Part shown: one piece after another, positions 38,901-47,969 of the stretch
How positions within the stretch are numbered: position 1 is the stretch's first letter
How the letters are laid out: each line of letters begins with the position of its first letter
Assembly: GCA_963771075.1 (NCBI GenBank)
Contig: CAVYSE010000011.1
Span: 160,001 to 224,000 of the forward strand
DNA length: 64,000 nucleotides
Origin: a candidate division FCPU426 bacterium
GTDB lineage: Bacteria; Oederibacteriota; Muellerivitia; Muellerivitales; Muellerivitaceae
Direction: 5' to 3'
Translations under genes and position numbers: made by a program
The notes under the pieces: generated by a model
Databases searched by the model: none
What the model was told of the DNA's origin: nothing
What the model saw: the letters and a program-made list of their open reading frames with translations, nothing else

Positions 38901-40525
38901 TCGACGTGTCCCTCAATGTCTCGCCTTTCAAAGATGACTCAGGGAAGGTCACGGCGGTTTCGGCGATATTACGGGACATCACGGAAACGAAAAAGGCGCG
39001 GGAAACGCGGGAGCGTTTGGCGGATATTTTGGAAAACAGCCCCATTGCCATCACCACGACCAATCTGGAAAGGAAGTTCATTCAATTCAACCATGCGGCT
39101 GAAAACCTTTATGGGTATAAAGCGGAGGAGATGTTGGGGAAAACCCATCGGACCCTGGTGCCGGAGGATCATTGGCAGCAACATTTAGAGGTCCGGGAAA
39201 ATGTGCTCCAAGGGCAATCCGTCGTTCATTTTGAGTCGGTCCGGCGGAGAAAGGACGGGCAACCGATCGCGGTTTCAAGCACCCTTATTCCCTACCGGGA
39301 TAGTGAAGGGAAAATCATGGGAGTCACGGCGATGTCGGTCGACATCACGGAACAAAAAAAAGCCGCGGAGACGCTGAATCGAAAGGAAGAGCAGATCAAA
39401 CTGGCCCAGAAAATGGAAGCCATCGGCCGATTGGCGGGGGGAGTCGCCCATGACTTCAACAACCTATTGAGCATTATCGGGGGTAACGCCAACTTTGTCC
39501 TGGATGACCCTGCCTTTGAAGGACCCCACCGGGAAGAATTGGAAGAAATCAAGAAAGCCGTCCAGCAGGGGTCCGATTTAACCCGCCAACTGCTCTTGTT
39601 GGGGCAAAAGCAAATCTCCCAGGCCCAACCTATCCAACTCAACGATCTTTGCCGGGAAATGATGAAAATGTCCAAGCGGTTAGTGGACGCGTCCATCGAA
39701 ATCACACTCGACCTGGAAAAGGACCTGCACCCCATCTTCGCGGACCTGATCCAGATCCAGCAGGTGATCCTAAACCTGGTGTTGAACGCCCGGGACGCCA
39801 TGCCGCGGGGCGGGAACCTGAGGATCCAAACCCGAAACGAGGTTTCGGAAGGCCAGCCATTTCTTTCGGAATACGCCTCCTGGGTCAAGTTGACCGTCAC
39901 GGACACGGGAGTCGGGATGGATGCCCAGGTTCAAAAACATATCTTTGAACCCTTTTATACCACGAAGGGTGCGAAAGGAACCGGGTTGGGATTGACGACT
40001 GTTTATGGAATCGTGAAGCAATGGAAGGGACAGGTTCAAATCGAAAGCGCGGTGGGCCAGGGAACTTCTTTTTTCATATATTTCCCGGCTCATGAATCCG
40101 TGGAGAAACAACCGGGTTTATCCCGACAGGTTTCCCTGATACCGAATGGTTCCGAAACCATCCTGGTGGTCGAGGACGAGCCCTCGGTCCGTCAGATCGT
40201 GGTCAAGAGTCTTCGAAAATGGGGATATAAGGTTCTGGAAGCGGAAAATGGGGTGGACGCAGTTCGGGAAAGTTGGAATTATAAAGGGGAAATCCACCTG
40301 CTTTTAACCGATACCGTCATGCCTAAAATGGACGGGTTTCAGCTCGCGGAAGAATTAAGAAACACCAGGCCGCGGATGAAGGTGCTTTTCATGTCGGGAT
40401 ACCCGCGGGATATCCTTTCCAGCAAAGGGATATTGAACCCGGACATCTTTTTAGTGAGAAAACCATTCGCGAAAGATGAGCTTGCCCAACAAATACGGCA
40501 ATTGTTGGACCAAAAGAAAAAATAA
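35975..40525 (+). CDS. Cytoplasmic hybrid histidine kinase: degenerate REC + 8 PAS + HisKA/HATPase + REC
   Basis: Eight PAS/PAC repeats ending in D(I/V)(T/S); GRLAGGVAHDFNNLL; GTGLGL; C-terminal VVEDE..TDTVMP..KPF. Confidence 0.92.
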   Translation: MKPVPGDSNPDSEEKRLLLICHEDLIASRILKILEKISVEPYAVERAMIFGQVFKAVANPSFHICLIVESTDPNQALSFLHTSLLKQRDIPIILLSHMDPDAGTVEAFRLGAADFISLNQLDATVLERSLRYALERKRARDAVRESEDFFRVVIENNQDGISVIDPNGKVRYTSSSLSRILGYSPEERIGKYTFDVLHPDDMNWIQEAFKGLLQNPGSVQKGQVRARHKDGAWRYLDLAAKSHYFSQYSSLAVVLNYRDVTDRVKAQQVTERLASIVDSSHDAIYTLSREGVIFSWNPRAREIYGFPPEEISGRHFSLIMDQDESNRFQTTLEEVFEGRGPNSFQTTHRSKVGKLISVSLVLSPIRDSKGQINRVSVIARDISPEYKLMEIGKRLSSLLENAPTAIYSGDKEGVITMWSRGAEKIFGYKAEEMIGQKTDILEVPENPGEIAKLRKEVNDGKAHIHYETVRRRKDGSRVNMIFQIFPALDANGKNVGVTAIGEDVTSRMIAERALNESEARLRDIFEKSPLGMALTTTSGLLRIVNPKFCQMLGYEPSELIDRPIMEISYPQDLPREVEGMRNLIQGKIGYLELDKRYLHKRGHWIWTHLVASMLTPEKSEDNLVLGMVEDITDRVFAKRALEESEARFKQIFHESPIGMGLVRQDGIVLMINPKFCQLLGYNESELIGRNYFEFISPDELKEAKDNLAAMYRGDRHSYSVERRYRRRDGQWFWGHMEVTRMKTAEGAPLLAFGMLEDISERKKSQETREFLVNVLENTGEAVITADLNGTLLSWNKAAETLYGFTAAEAIGKKARDLMPEGKAREIQALMDRFIQGEKIKNHEMIRLKNNGEPFYASITFSLLKDERGAKKGITMVIRDVSEMKKARKSQDRLANILEHSYDAILGIDMEGVITHWNIGAETMFGYTASEAHGQNIQLLVPEEYRSETRYLMEKAVKGESVGNFETVRRRKNGSLIDVSLNVSPFKDDSGKVTAVSAILRDITETKKARETRERLADILENSPIAITTTNLERKFIQFNHAAENLYGYKAEEMLGKTHRTLVPEDHWQQHLEVRENVLQGQSVVHFESVRRRKDGQPIAVSSTLIPYRDSEGKIMGVTAMSVDITEQKKAAETLNRKEEQIKLAQKMEAIGRLAGGVAHDFNNLLSIIGGNANFVLDDPAFEGPHREELEEIKKAVQQGSDLTRQLLLLGQKQISQAQPIQLNDLCREMMKMSKRLVDASIEITLDLEKDLHPIFADLIQIQQVILNLVLNARDAMPRGGNLRIQTRNEVSEGQPFLSEYASWVKLTVTDTGVGMDAQVQKHIFEPFYTTKGAKGTGLGLTTVYGIVKQWKGQVQIESAVGQGTSFFIYFPAHESVEKQPGLSRQVSLIPNGSETILVVEDEPSVRQIVVKSLRKWGYKVLEAENGVDAVRESWNYKGEIHLLLTDTVMPKMDGFQLAEELRNTRPRMKVLFMSGYPRDILSSKGILNPDIFLVRKPFAKDELAQQIRQLLDQKKK

Positions 40526-40550
40526 ATAAAGCTCCCGAATTCCCTGTGAA

Positions 40551-41903
40551 TTAAACCTGGTCTTTCTTCAAACCGTAACGTTTCAACTGGTTAAAGAGGG
40601 TTTTACGGGTAATGCCCAGTAAATCGGCGGCCTTGGATTTATTCCCCTTGGTCATGGTCAGGGCCCGTTGAATATTCAAAATATCCGATTCCTTCTGTTT
40701 CAACACGGGTTTATCCAAGGAGGGGAAGGGTTTTACCTCCCGAACTTCTTTCGGCAAGTCTCTCAGGGTCAAGCCGCCTCCCTTGGCCATTACCACCATG
40801 CGTTCAATCAGGTGTTTGAGTTCACGAACGTTTCCGGGCCAGGAATAGGCTTGCAGGGCCGAAAGGATATCCTTGTTTAGGAGGCTTAGGTTTTTATTGA
40901 AGGCCCGGCAGGCCTCCTGGTGGAAAAATTGAGCCAATTGGGCGATATCTTCCGACCGGTTGCGCAGCGGGGGGATTTCCAAGGGAACCACATTCAAGCG
41001 ATAAAACAAATCGGCCCGGAACCGGCCTTCTTTGACCTCGTTCTCCAGGTTGCGGTGGGTCGCGGTAATGATGCGGACGTCAAAGGGGATTTCTTTCACG
41101 CCGCCTAGCCTGCGGGAGGTCTTTTGCTCCAATACCTTCAGTAATTTGGTCTGAACCGCCTGGGTGAGCTCACCAATTTCATCCAGGAAAAGACTGCCCC
41201 CGTTGGCGATCTCGAACAAACCCTGTTTCTGCCTGCGGGCATCGGTGAAAGCACCCTGCTCATAACCGAAAAGCTCGGATTCCAGAATCGTTTCCGGCAA
41301 GGCTCCGCAATGGATTTCCACAAAGGGCCTGGAGGCGCGGGAAGAAAAGGAATGGACCAACCGGGCCACATGCTCCTTTCCCGTTCCCGTCTCCCCCAGG
41401 ATCAAAACCGTAATTTGGTCCTGCTGGGCGACCTGCGTTATGGAGGTATAAAGTTTTTGCATTTCCGGGTTGGAGAGGAAAAGGTAATCCTTGCGGTACA
41501 TTTCCAACTGGTTTTTCTTGAGTCCCTCGATTTGGGTGATCAGGCCCCGCTTCTCGGCGATGTGTTTCGTGATGAGTTTGAGTTTTTGGTGATCGATGGG
41601 TTTCTCGAGATAATCCTCCGCGCCAAGCTTCATGGCCTGAACGGCCGAGTCCACCGTACCCCCTCCGGTGATGATGACGACGGAGCAAGCGCTATAGGCC
41701 TGGTTCAGCTTTTCCAACACTTCCATGCCGTTGACGTCGGGCAGGTGAATGTCCAAAAGAAGCATGTCAGGCTGGATGATCTTATGCTTTTCGATCCCCT
41801 CGGACGCGGTATAGGCGGGATAAACCTCGTGGCCTTCTTGGGTCAATATTTTGGAAAGGATTTTGACGAGGGATTCTTCATCGTCCAAGATCAGAATTTT
41901 CAA
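40551..41903 (-). CDS. Sigma-54-dependent NtrC-family response regulator
   Basis: REC, GETGTGKE, ESELFG, GAFTDA, FLDEIG, WPGNVREL, Fis HTH. Confidence 0.95.
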   Translation of the reverse strand: MKILILDDEESLVKILSKILTQEGHEVYPAYTASEGIEKHKIIQPDMLLLDIHLPDVNGMEVLEKLNQAYSACSVVIITGGGTVDSAVQAMKLGAEDYLEKPIDHQKLKLITKHIAEKRGLITQIEGLKKNQLEMYRKDYLFLSNPEMQKLYTSITQVAQQDQITVLILGETGTGKEHVARLVHSFSSRASRPFVEIHCGALPETILESELFGYEQGAFTDARRQKQGLFEIANGGSLFLDEIGELTQAVQTKLLKVLEQKTSRRLGGVKEIPFDVRIITATHRNLENEVKEGRFRADLFYRLNVVPLEIPPLRNRSEDIAQLAQFFHQEACRAFNKNLSLLNKDILSALQAYSWPGNVRELKHLIERMVVMAKGGGLTLRDLPKEVREVKPFPSLDKPVLKQKESDILNIQRALTMTKGNKSKAADLLGITRKTLFNQLKRYGLKKDQV

Positions 41904-42015
41904 GGTTGAGCCTGCTTGTGTGAAATTGTGTTTATAGCTTATGCATAGTTTAACGTTGGATTATTTAGCAATAGATGAAAAATTTTAATTCGCGATTCGA
42001 GTGTCATGGTCAATT

Positions 42016-42079
42016 GGGTAATAAATACTCACTCGGAAAAGGAATACCCTCCAATAAATCGGGTAGTGAAGAAATACCC
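42016..42079. promoter_or_regulatory. Three putative enhancer (UAS) boxes, GGGTA-N5-TACCC-like
   Basis: GGGTA-ATAAA-TACTC (42016), GGAAA-AGGAA-TACCC (42035), AGTGA-AGAAA-TACCC (42065). Confidence 0.5.
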
Positions 42080-42098
42080 TTTGAAACGGGGCCATCTA

Positions 42099-42115
42099 TT
42101 GGCATGCCCCATGCT
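42099..42115 (+). promoter_or_regulatory. Sigma-54 (-24/-12) promoter
   Basis: TTGGCATGCCCCATGCT: GG-N10-GC, next to a divergent bEBP gene. Confidence 0.7.
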
Positions 42116-42183
42116 TTATCTATGACGAAGGGTGGGAAACGGGACTCGCAGGAAAGGCGTTTCGCACGGCAAAGGGGGCTGAC

Positions 42184-43314
42184 ATGAAGAAAACGCGAAA
42201 ATTAATTGAAGTGACCATCCTGATTCTCGTTTCGGCGATGGTTTCGGGAGCCCGTGCGGGCCAACCCCAATCCGGCGAGGAGTTCAAGGGACTCCTGCCC
42301 GCCAAAGCCATCCTGCTTACCCAAGCTTCTTATGACCTTCGCCAAACCGGGTCGGCGGACCACCTGGTCTATTACTTGGCCGGGAAAACCTGGGGAATGG
42401 CGGTCATCAGCCGAGAGAATACACTCCTTTTTAAATATGAAAAAACCAATGTGGACCATTTGTATTTTCAGGGCAAACAGAATCCGGGAGTGGTTTTCCT
42501 GGACGAGGTCAGCAAGAAGCCATTTCTGGTCTATAACAATTACTCGGATGCCATCCACTCCGAATACCACATCTTTCGATGGGCGGGATCTTCCTTTGAG
42601 GAAGTGAACCATCCACGGTGGGGGGACAATCCCCAAATCCAGGAGTTGGATAATCAAGTCGTGGTCGTCACCGATAATTTTGGAAATGGCGTACCCTCGG
42701 TTTACCAATACCGGCAGGGAGGGGTCGTCGAGGCCAACCGGGATTTTCCGTTCTTTTTCGAAGCCGCAGTGAAAGAGGCTTGGAAGGCCCTGGAAGATCC
42801 GGTCCTGGGCATCTTGCCGGGAGCCATGGCGGCGAAAGCGGCCTATTTGCCCGCTTTCCTTTACTCGGGGAAAGAGTCGGACGGGCTCAGATACGCCGAC
42901 CGGCTCCTTCAATCGGGGCCTTCCGAGTTGACCGCGTCGGTATTGGCCGGAATCCACATGGGCAAAGGGAACCTATGGATGGCGATGGGGAAGGAAGAAG
43001 AGGGGATGAACGAATTCCAATTGGCGGACCGGTTGGAACATGGCGCTAAAAGCGCGGATGGCGCCGGAGCCTTTATCAAGATGGCCCTCTTTTTTGAATC
43101 CCAAGGCGATCTTCATCGCGAAGCGCTGGCCTATGAAAAGGCATTGAACCGTTTGGGCCAAAGGGATCGGGCGCAAGCGGAGCAATTAAGGGAAAAGGTG
43201 TCACGGTTGTTGGAAATAATGGACGCAAAAGGAGTGAAAGAAAGCCAAGGGACCCAGATTGATCTGGGCCACCCCTTGACGGTGACGACCTCCCGCAGGG
43301 GAGGAATCCAATAG
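42184..43314 (+). CDS. Exported hypothetical protein with C-terminal TPR-like helices
   Basis: Signal peptide; H..KG.L.M..G..EE....F..A and A..YEKAL patterns. Confidence 0.6.
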   Translation: MKKTRKLIEVTILILVSAMVSGARAGQPQSGEEFKGLLPAKAILLTQASYDLRQTGSADHLVYYLAGKTWGMAVISRENTLLFKYEKTNVDHLYFQGKQNPGVVFLDEVSKKPFLVYNNYSDAIHSEYHIFRWAGSSFEEVNHPRWGDNPQIQELDNQVVVVTDNFGNGVPSVYQYRQGGVVEANRDFPFFFEAAVKEAWKALEDPVLGILPGAMAAKAAYLPAFLYSGKESDGLRYADRLLQSGPSELTASVLAGIHMGKGNLWMAMGKEEEGMNEFQLADRLEHGAKSADGAGAFIKMALFFESQGDLHREALAYEKALNRLGQRDRAQAEQLREKVSRLLEIMDAKGVKESQGTQIDLGHPLTVTTSRRGGIQ

Positions 43315-43343
43315 ATCGATGGATTTAAAATTTCAGGAAGGGT

Positions 43344-43377
43344 AGAAGGAGGCGGGACGAAATCCCCCTCCTTTTTT
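43344..43377 (+). terminator. Rho-independent terminator
   Basis: GGAGG-C-GGGA...TCCC-CCTCC-T6. Confidence 0.6.
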
Positions 43378-43427
43378 ATGTGGGTAGAAACATGGCGCGG
43401 GGGGAAGTTCAACCCGGTTTATCCTCT

Positions 43428-43775
43428 TTAAAGGATTTCCCTCAAACGGTCCGCGGGGCGGGCCAGGATGGCCTTCGCTCCCTTTTCCACAATGGGTCGT
43501 TGGATCAATTCCGGATGTTTCTCCATGAGGTCCAGGTAATCCTCCTCGGAAAGTTCTTTTTTGGAAAGACCGAGGGTTTTGTAAATTTCCTCCTTCGTCC
43601 GAAGAAGCTCCCGGGCCGGTATTTCCATTTTTCTCAGAAGTTCCTTCAACTTGGTTTTGGGGATAGGCTCCAGGAAATAATTCACCGAATCGAAATCCAC
43701 GCCGCTTTCCTGAAGTGCGTTATAGACCTGGCGGCAGGTGGTGCAGGTGGGTTTTTGATAAATCGTGATTTTCAT
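43428..43775 (-). CDS. ArsC/Spx family protein
   Basis: Y.KPTCTTCR, HPELIQRPIV, ARP. Confidence 0.88.
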   Translation of the reverse strand: MKITIYQKPTCTTCRQVYNALQESGVDFDSVNYFLEPIPKTKLKELLRKMEIPARELLRTKEEIYKTLGLSKKELSEEDYLDLMEKHPELIQRPIVEKGAKAILARPADRLREIL

Positions 43776-43821
43776 GGTTCCTTCCGGGTTCGGTGGATGG
43801 GCAAGGCCCTACAACGGGAGT

Positions 43822-44676
43822 TTAACGGGCCCAGCAAAACCAAATCAAGGAGGCAAGGGCTAGGCAGTAGATGCCGAAATAACTCCACTTTCCCTTTTCC
43901 AGCCAGCTGGAAAGCCAGCGGAGGGCCAAAAGCCCGGCTCCGAAACTGAAGATCAATCCCAAAACGTCCTGGGCCAGCAGATGGGATAGGCTTTCCGTTC
44001 CCGGGCCGGAAAGGGCGTGCGATTTAATGAGGCGCCATAACTCTTTCCCCAAGGCGAAGGGCGTGATGGCTACCGCCAGGGCGAAGCTGTACTCCTCGGC
44101 CTTGCGCCGGTTCAAGCCCAGCATGAACCCGGTGGAAATGGTGGCGCCGGAACGGGACAGGCCCCGGAAGGGCAGGCAGAGCCCCTGCACCAGGCCGATC
44201 CAAATCGACTCCTTCGGACCCAGTTTTCCCCCTTCGCCCTCGGGCGGTACCCGCAGGGAAGCCGCGAGGATGAGAAGGCCCGCCGAGGCCAGCGCGGCGG
44301 AAACCAGCTTCAGGTTCCCGAAAAGCATTTCAATCTCGGCGCTTGGCGTGGACCGAAGCATCCACTTTTCAATGACCTTCATCAGGATAAAGCCCAGGAC
44401 CAGGGTGACACCCGTGGCGAGGAGAACCTGTTTGAAGAAGGCCGTTCTTTTTTCAGGGGAAAGGAAATAATGGATCCGCCAATCCTTCCAGAAATAAACC
44501 AGCACCGCGAACATGGTTCCCGTATGAAGCATGACCAGCAAAAGGGTCATGGCGGGACGGGCGGGGTCCAGGCCCAACAGCTTTTCCGCCAAAATGACAT
44601 GGGCGGAGGAGGAAACGGGTAAAAGCTCCGTCAGGCCCTGGACAATGGCCAAGACGATGATCGCCAAAAAACTCAC
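43822..44676 (-). CDS. uppP: Undecaprenyl-diphosphate phosphatase
   Basis: VQGLTELLPVSSSAH, GLSRSGATI, EYSF. Confidence 0.9.
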   Translation of the reverse strand: MSFLAIIVLAIVQGLTELLPVSSSAHVILAEKLLGLDPARPAMTLLLVMLHTGTMFAVLVYFWKDWRIHYFLSPEKRTAFFKQVLLATGVTLVLGFILMKVIEKWMLRSTPSAEIEMLFGNLKLVSAALASAGLLILAASLRVPPEGEGGKLGPKESIWIGLVQGLCLPFRGLSRSGATISTGFMLGLNRRKAEEYSFALAVAITPFALGKELWRLIKSHALSGPGTESLSHLLAQDVLGLIFSFGAGLLALRWLSSWLEKGKWSYFGIYCLALASLIWFCWAR

Positions 44677-44712
44677 GGAAAGACTCCTTTGTCCTGGAAA
44701 ATGGGGCGGCTT

Positions 44713-45201
44713 TTACCGGGTGGGGGTCAACAAGGCTTCCTGTCGCCGCTGGGCGGTGGTATGGGGGAAGAGGGTGCCGGGAACGTTGTAACGGTCCAGG
44801 ATCATGTAAGCGTCGTAAATTTTACCGGAACCATTTTGATTAAAGCATTGGATGGTGTATTGAATGCCGGGAATATAGTTGGGATCGTTCGGAGCCACCC
44901 CGCCTTGCGGGGGTTGGGTGCCCGTACTCTTGTTCGCCACCTTGGTGACTGAGAAATAACGGTAGGTGTGGCCATAACAAATTTCAGCGGCCCGGTAAAG
45001 CGCCGCGAATTTGACGAAATCCATCTGCCGCGATTGGGCCACAAAGACCACCTCGAAAACCCCGCCGCCCAAATCCTTATCCGAGTATCCGCCTCCGTAA
45101 ATATTGGCCTTTTCATAATTGGTCATGGGAGCGACGCAGCCTGAAACCATCAGGACACCCAACAGGATAGAGAAGGGGTGGCGGATAATTTTGAAATTCA
45201 T
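44713..45201 (-). CDS. Putative lipoprotein
   Basis: Lipobox VSGC; GYSD..., ALYRAAE. Confidence 0.7.
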   Translation of the reverse strand: MNFKIIRHPFSILLGVLMVSGCVAPMTNYEKANIYGGGYSDKDLGGGVFEVVFVAQSRQMDFVKFAALYRAAEICYGHTYRYFSVTKVANKSTGTQPPQGGVAPNDPNYIPGIQYTIQCFNQNGSGKIYDAYMILDRYNVPGTLFPHTTAQRRQEALLTPTR

Positions 45202-45470
45202 GATTTTCTCCTTAAATAAAAGGGTAAGCATAAAGCCGAGTGTTGAAAAGGTTGGCCAAACGGGGCCTTTTCAAAAAAGGGGTTGGGACCCGCCAGGGAT
45301 TATAAGGGGTTTCGATCTTTTTGGAATCAGGGGAAAGGGCTCTCCGTTGTTTTTCCAACCCTATTCCTCCTTATATTTCCAAAGGCGCAGTGAAACAATA
45401 AGACTTACAATCCAATCCGTTTCTTGCGCTGGTTCGTCTAAACTCACATGCGGATGGTCAGGAGGGCGCT

Positions 45471-46355
45471 TTGAATCATGGGACTAAAATTTTCGCGCTT
45501 TTGTTTTGGGTTCCACTTCTATGCTGGGCGGTTCCCGGAACGTTGGAAAACCTAAACTATAAGGTAACCCTTTCCGAAACCACACCCGGCGTGGACGACA
45601 GCCTCGTTCCCGGAGTCGATCCCCTGATTAACGTCAATGTCCAGGACAAGGTGCACGGATCGGGAACCCAATTTCCCCTGAAGGTATACGCGATCCAGGA
45701 ATATTTCTTCAGCGACAATCTGCTCAACCTGATCACCCGAAACACGCCCAAGAGCTCAATGGCCAAGCCCCTCTATGGCTTTTTGCAGTTGAACCTGGAT
45801 GCCCCCAACGACTCCAGGCAGTACAACGCGATCCGTAAGTATTATTTTTCGACCGATAACCGGGCGCTGGTGGCTTCCTTCGCGGAGGGGACAGATAGCG
45901 GCCCTGGCAGCCAGGCGCTGGGCCTCATCCGCTGGGGGGACAAACCGGCTTCCTTGGGTTGGATCTATTCCAACACTTCCCAGGTTAACCTGCTCAAGTC
46001 CTATGGGGTTCAGGATGGGAGAATTCCCCAGCTGGAGGGAGAGGCGGGTTGGACCGCCGATTCCTTGACGGCCGCCTTCATGGTTTCCTTTTCCGGAGGC
46101 CAGGCTAGTCCGGATTCGGCCACGCCGGACCCGGCGAGCAAGACCTATTATCTGGTGAGGGCGGACTTGGGGGACAACGGGATCAAGGTCGCGGCGGCCC
46201 CGGTCGATGGGGCCGCCCTGCGTCTTCAAGACGGCGGGACGGTCGACAAGGTTTCCTGTATGGGGGACCAGGCCACGGTCACGGTCATTTCCGCCGATGG
46301 AACCGACACCCGCCAGGTTCAAATTCCGTTGCCGGTGATGCGCTCAAACGAATAA
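45471..46355 (+). CDS. Exported hypothetical protein
   Basis: Signal peptide, RBS AGGAGG, TTG start. Confidence 0.65.
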   Translation: MNHGTKIFALLFWVPLLCWAVPGTLENLNYKVTLSETTPGVDDSLVPGVDPLINVNVQDKVHGSGTQFPLKVYAIQEYFFSDNLLNLITRNTPKSSMAKPLYGFLQLNLDAPNDSRQYNAIRKYYFSTDNRALVASFAEGTDSGPGSQALGLIRWGDKPASLGWIYSNTSQVNLLKSYGVQDGRIPQLEGEAGWTADSLTAAFMVSFSGGQASPDSATPDPASKTYYLVRADLGDNGIKVAAAPVDGAALRLQDGGTVDKVSCMGDQATVTVISADGTDTRQVQIPLPVMRSNE

Positions 46356-46475
46356 CAACCAATCAGGTATTATTCGCCAAGACCGCCCCAGGTTGGATGG
46401 ATCCAGGAATGCCGAACCCCTTTGAACCTGTTTTCCTAGGTGAATTTCGCGCATTCGCGGTAATCAATCCCGAAA

Positions 46476-47969
46476 CTATTTCTTCGGCAGTTCGGAATAC
46501 CGAACCGCCAGGATCTGACTGGGCGGCCCCTCTTTTCCATCCTTCGACAAGGGGATCAAGATGAAATGGTAGGTCTGGTCGTGTCGGAGATTGGCCAGGC
46601 TGATCTGGTTATCGGCGATGGGTTCATCGGGCAGCTTTTTTTCCGGCGTCCCGTTTTCATCCACCAGGTAAAGGTTGAAGCCGGACACATAGGCCGGATC
46701 GATCGGGTCCCACGTCAGTTCGATTTCTTGGCCGTCCCTCACCGCTTTGAACCCGGTCGGGGCGGTGAGCTGGGGTTCCTCGGGAACCGCGGTGATATGA
46801 CGGAGGGGGCTTTCTTTGCCGGTGGCGCTGACGGTCGAAACCGCGAATTCGTAATCCTCCCCGACTTTCATGTGTTTTAGGTCCACCGAGGTTTCAGCCT
46901 GGGGGTGAGCCGTCAAAAGATCAAAGGTCTCCGAACCGGGGCGCTTGATGTAAACCCGATATCCCTGTATCTCCACGAAGGAAGGGGCGTCCCAACTGAG
47001 AAGCAGTCCGTCGTTCGAGGGGTTGACCTGCAGGTTGACGGGCCCGGGGGTCTCCGCGTCCCCTCCAGGACCAAACCAGGTCATTAGGGAGAGCCGCTGG
47101 GTGTCGCCCAAAACACTCAAAGGTTCATAAGCGTAGTCCAGCTGGAAGCCCCAGTATTTGACGCCCGCCCCGAAGGCCATGCCCTCCTCTTCGGAGTTAC
47201 CCACAAAACCCGCCCGGAGGGCGAAGAGGCTTTGGTACCAATATTCCGCGCCCCATCCCAATTGCAGGGCCTGGGTGTTCAGGCTGTAATCCCCGTCCAT
47301 GGCCAGGTCGATCGTGTGCAAGGGTGAGGAAAGGCATCTCCAGGCCACACCCAACCGGGCCAGGGTGGGAGTGGCGCTTTGCTCGTTGAGGATCTGGATC
47401 GCGCCGATGTTTTGCATCGAGGCGCCGAGAACAAGACCGGGCCAGACCTGGAAGCGCGTTCCCAGGTCCCCCAAAAACCCCGTGCCCTGCGCATCGCCGA
47501 TCTGCCGCAGGATGAGTTTGAGAGTTCCTCCCAGTTGGAAGGGGCCGACCGTCCTGGCGTAAGCCCCGAGAAAGGCCATGTCCGAGTAGGTTCCCAGGGG
47601 AGCGTTGGGATCGGGGGTGCTGTTGAAGGGCTGGGTTTGGGAGTCCAGGAAACCCAGGGCGACTGCTCCCGGCTGACCTAGGGGGTAGGCGGCGCCAATG
47701 AAGTCATAGGAAATATCCGAGACGTACTGGTAGCGGTCGTAGCCGATCTCGGGCGACTGGATCTGGGCCAGCCCCGCGGGGTTGAAATTAAGGGCGTTGA
47801 TATCGTCCGCGAGCGCGGTGAAGGCCTGGCCCACGCCAGCGGGCCGGGCGCCGGGCACGACTAATAGAAAATCGGCCCCGGACGTGAGTTGGGAAGCGGT
47901 TTGCCCCGGACAGGGGGCCGCGAGTAGGGCGATCAGGCCGAGCGGAGGTAGCAGGGATCTTAAGTTCAC
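46476..47969 (-). CDS. PorV/PorQ (UPF0164)-family beta-barrel with two C-terminal fibronectin III domains
   Basis: GADFL...GAR..G.G.AF.A.ADD..A..FNPAGL, GAEY, LRAG, LDYAY; two LSW/LTW..Y..Y FN3 repeats. Confidence 0.8.
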   Translation of the reverse strand: MNLRSLLPPLGLIALLAAPCPGQTASQLTSGADFLLVVPGARPAGVGQAFTALADDINALNFNPAGLAQIQSPEIGYDRYQYVSDISYDFIGAAYPLGQPGAVALGFLDSQTQPFNSTPDPNAPLGTYSDMAFLGAYARTVGPFQLGGTLKLILRQIGDAQGTGFLGDLGTRFQVWPGLVLGASMQNIGAIQILNEQSATPTLARLGVAWRCLSSPLHTIDLAMDGDYSLNTQALQLGWGAEYWYQSLFALRAGFVGNSEEEGMAFGAGVKYWGFQLDYAYEPLSVLGDTQRLSLMTWFGPGGDAETPGPVNLQVNPSNDGLLLSWDAPSFVEIQGYRVYIKRPGSETFDLLTAHPQAETSVDLKHMKVGEDYEFAVSTVSATGKESPLRHITAVPEEPQLTAPTGFKAVRDGQEIELTWDPIDPAYVSGFNLYLVDENGTPEKKLPDEPIADNQISLANLRHDQTYHFILIPLSKDGKEGPPSQILAVRYSELPKK

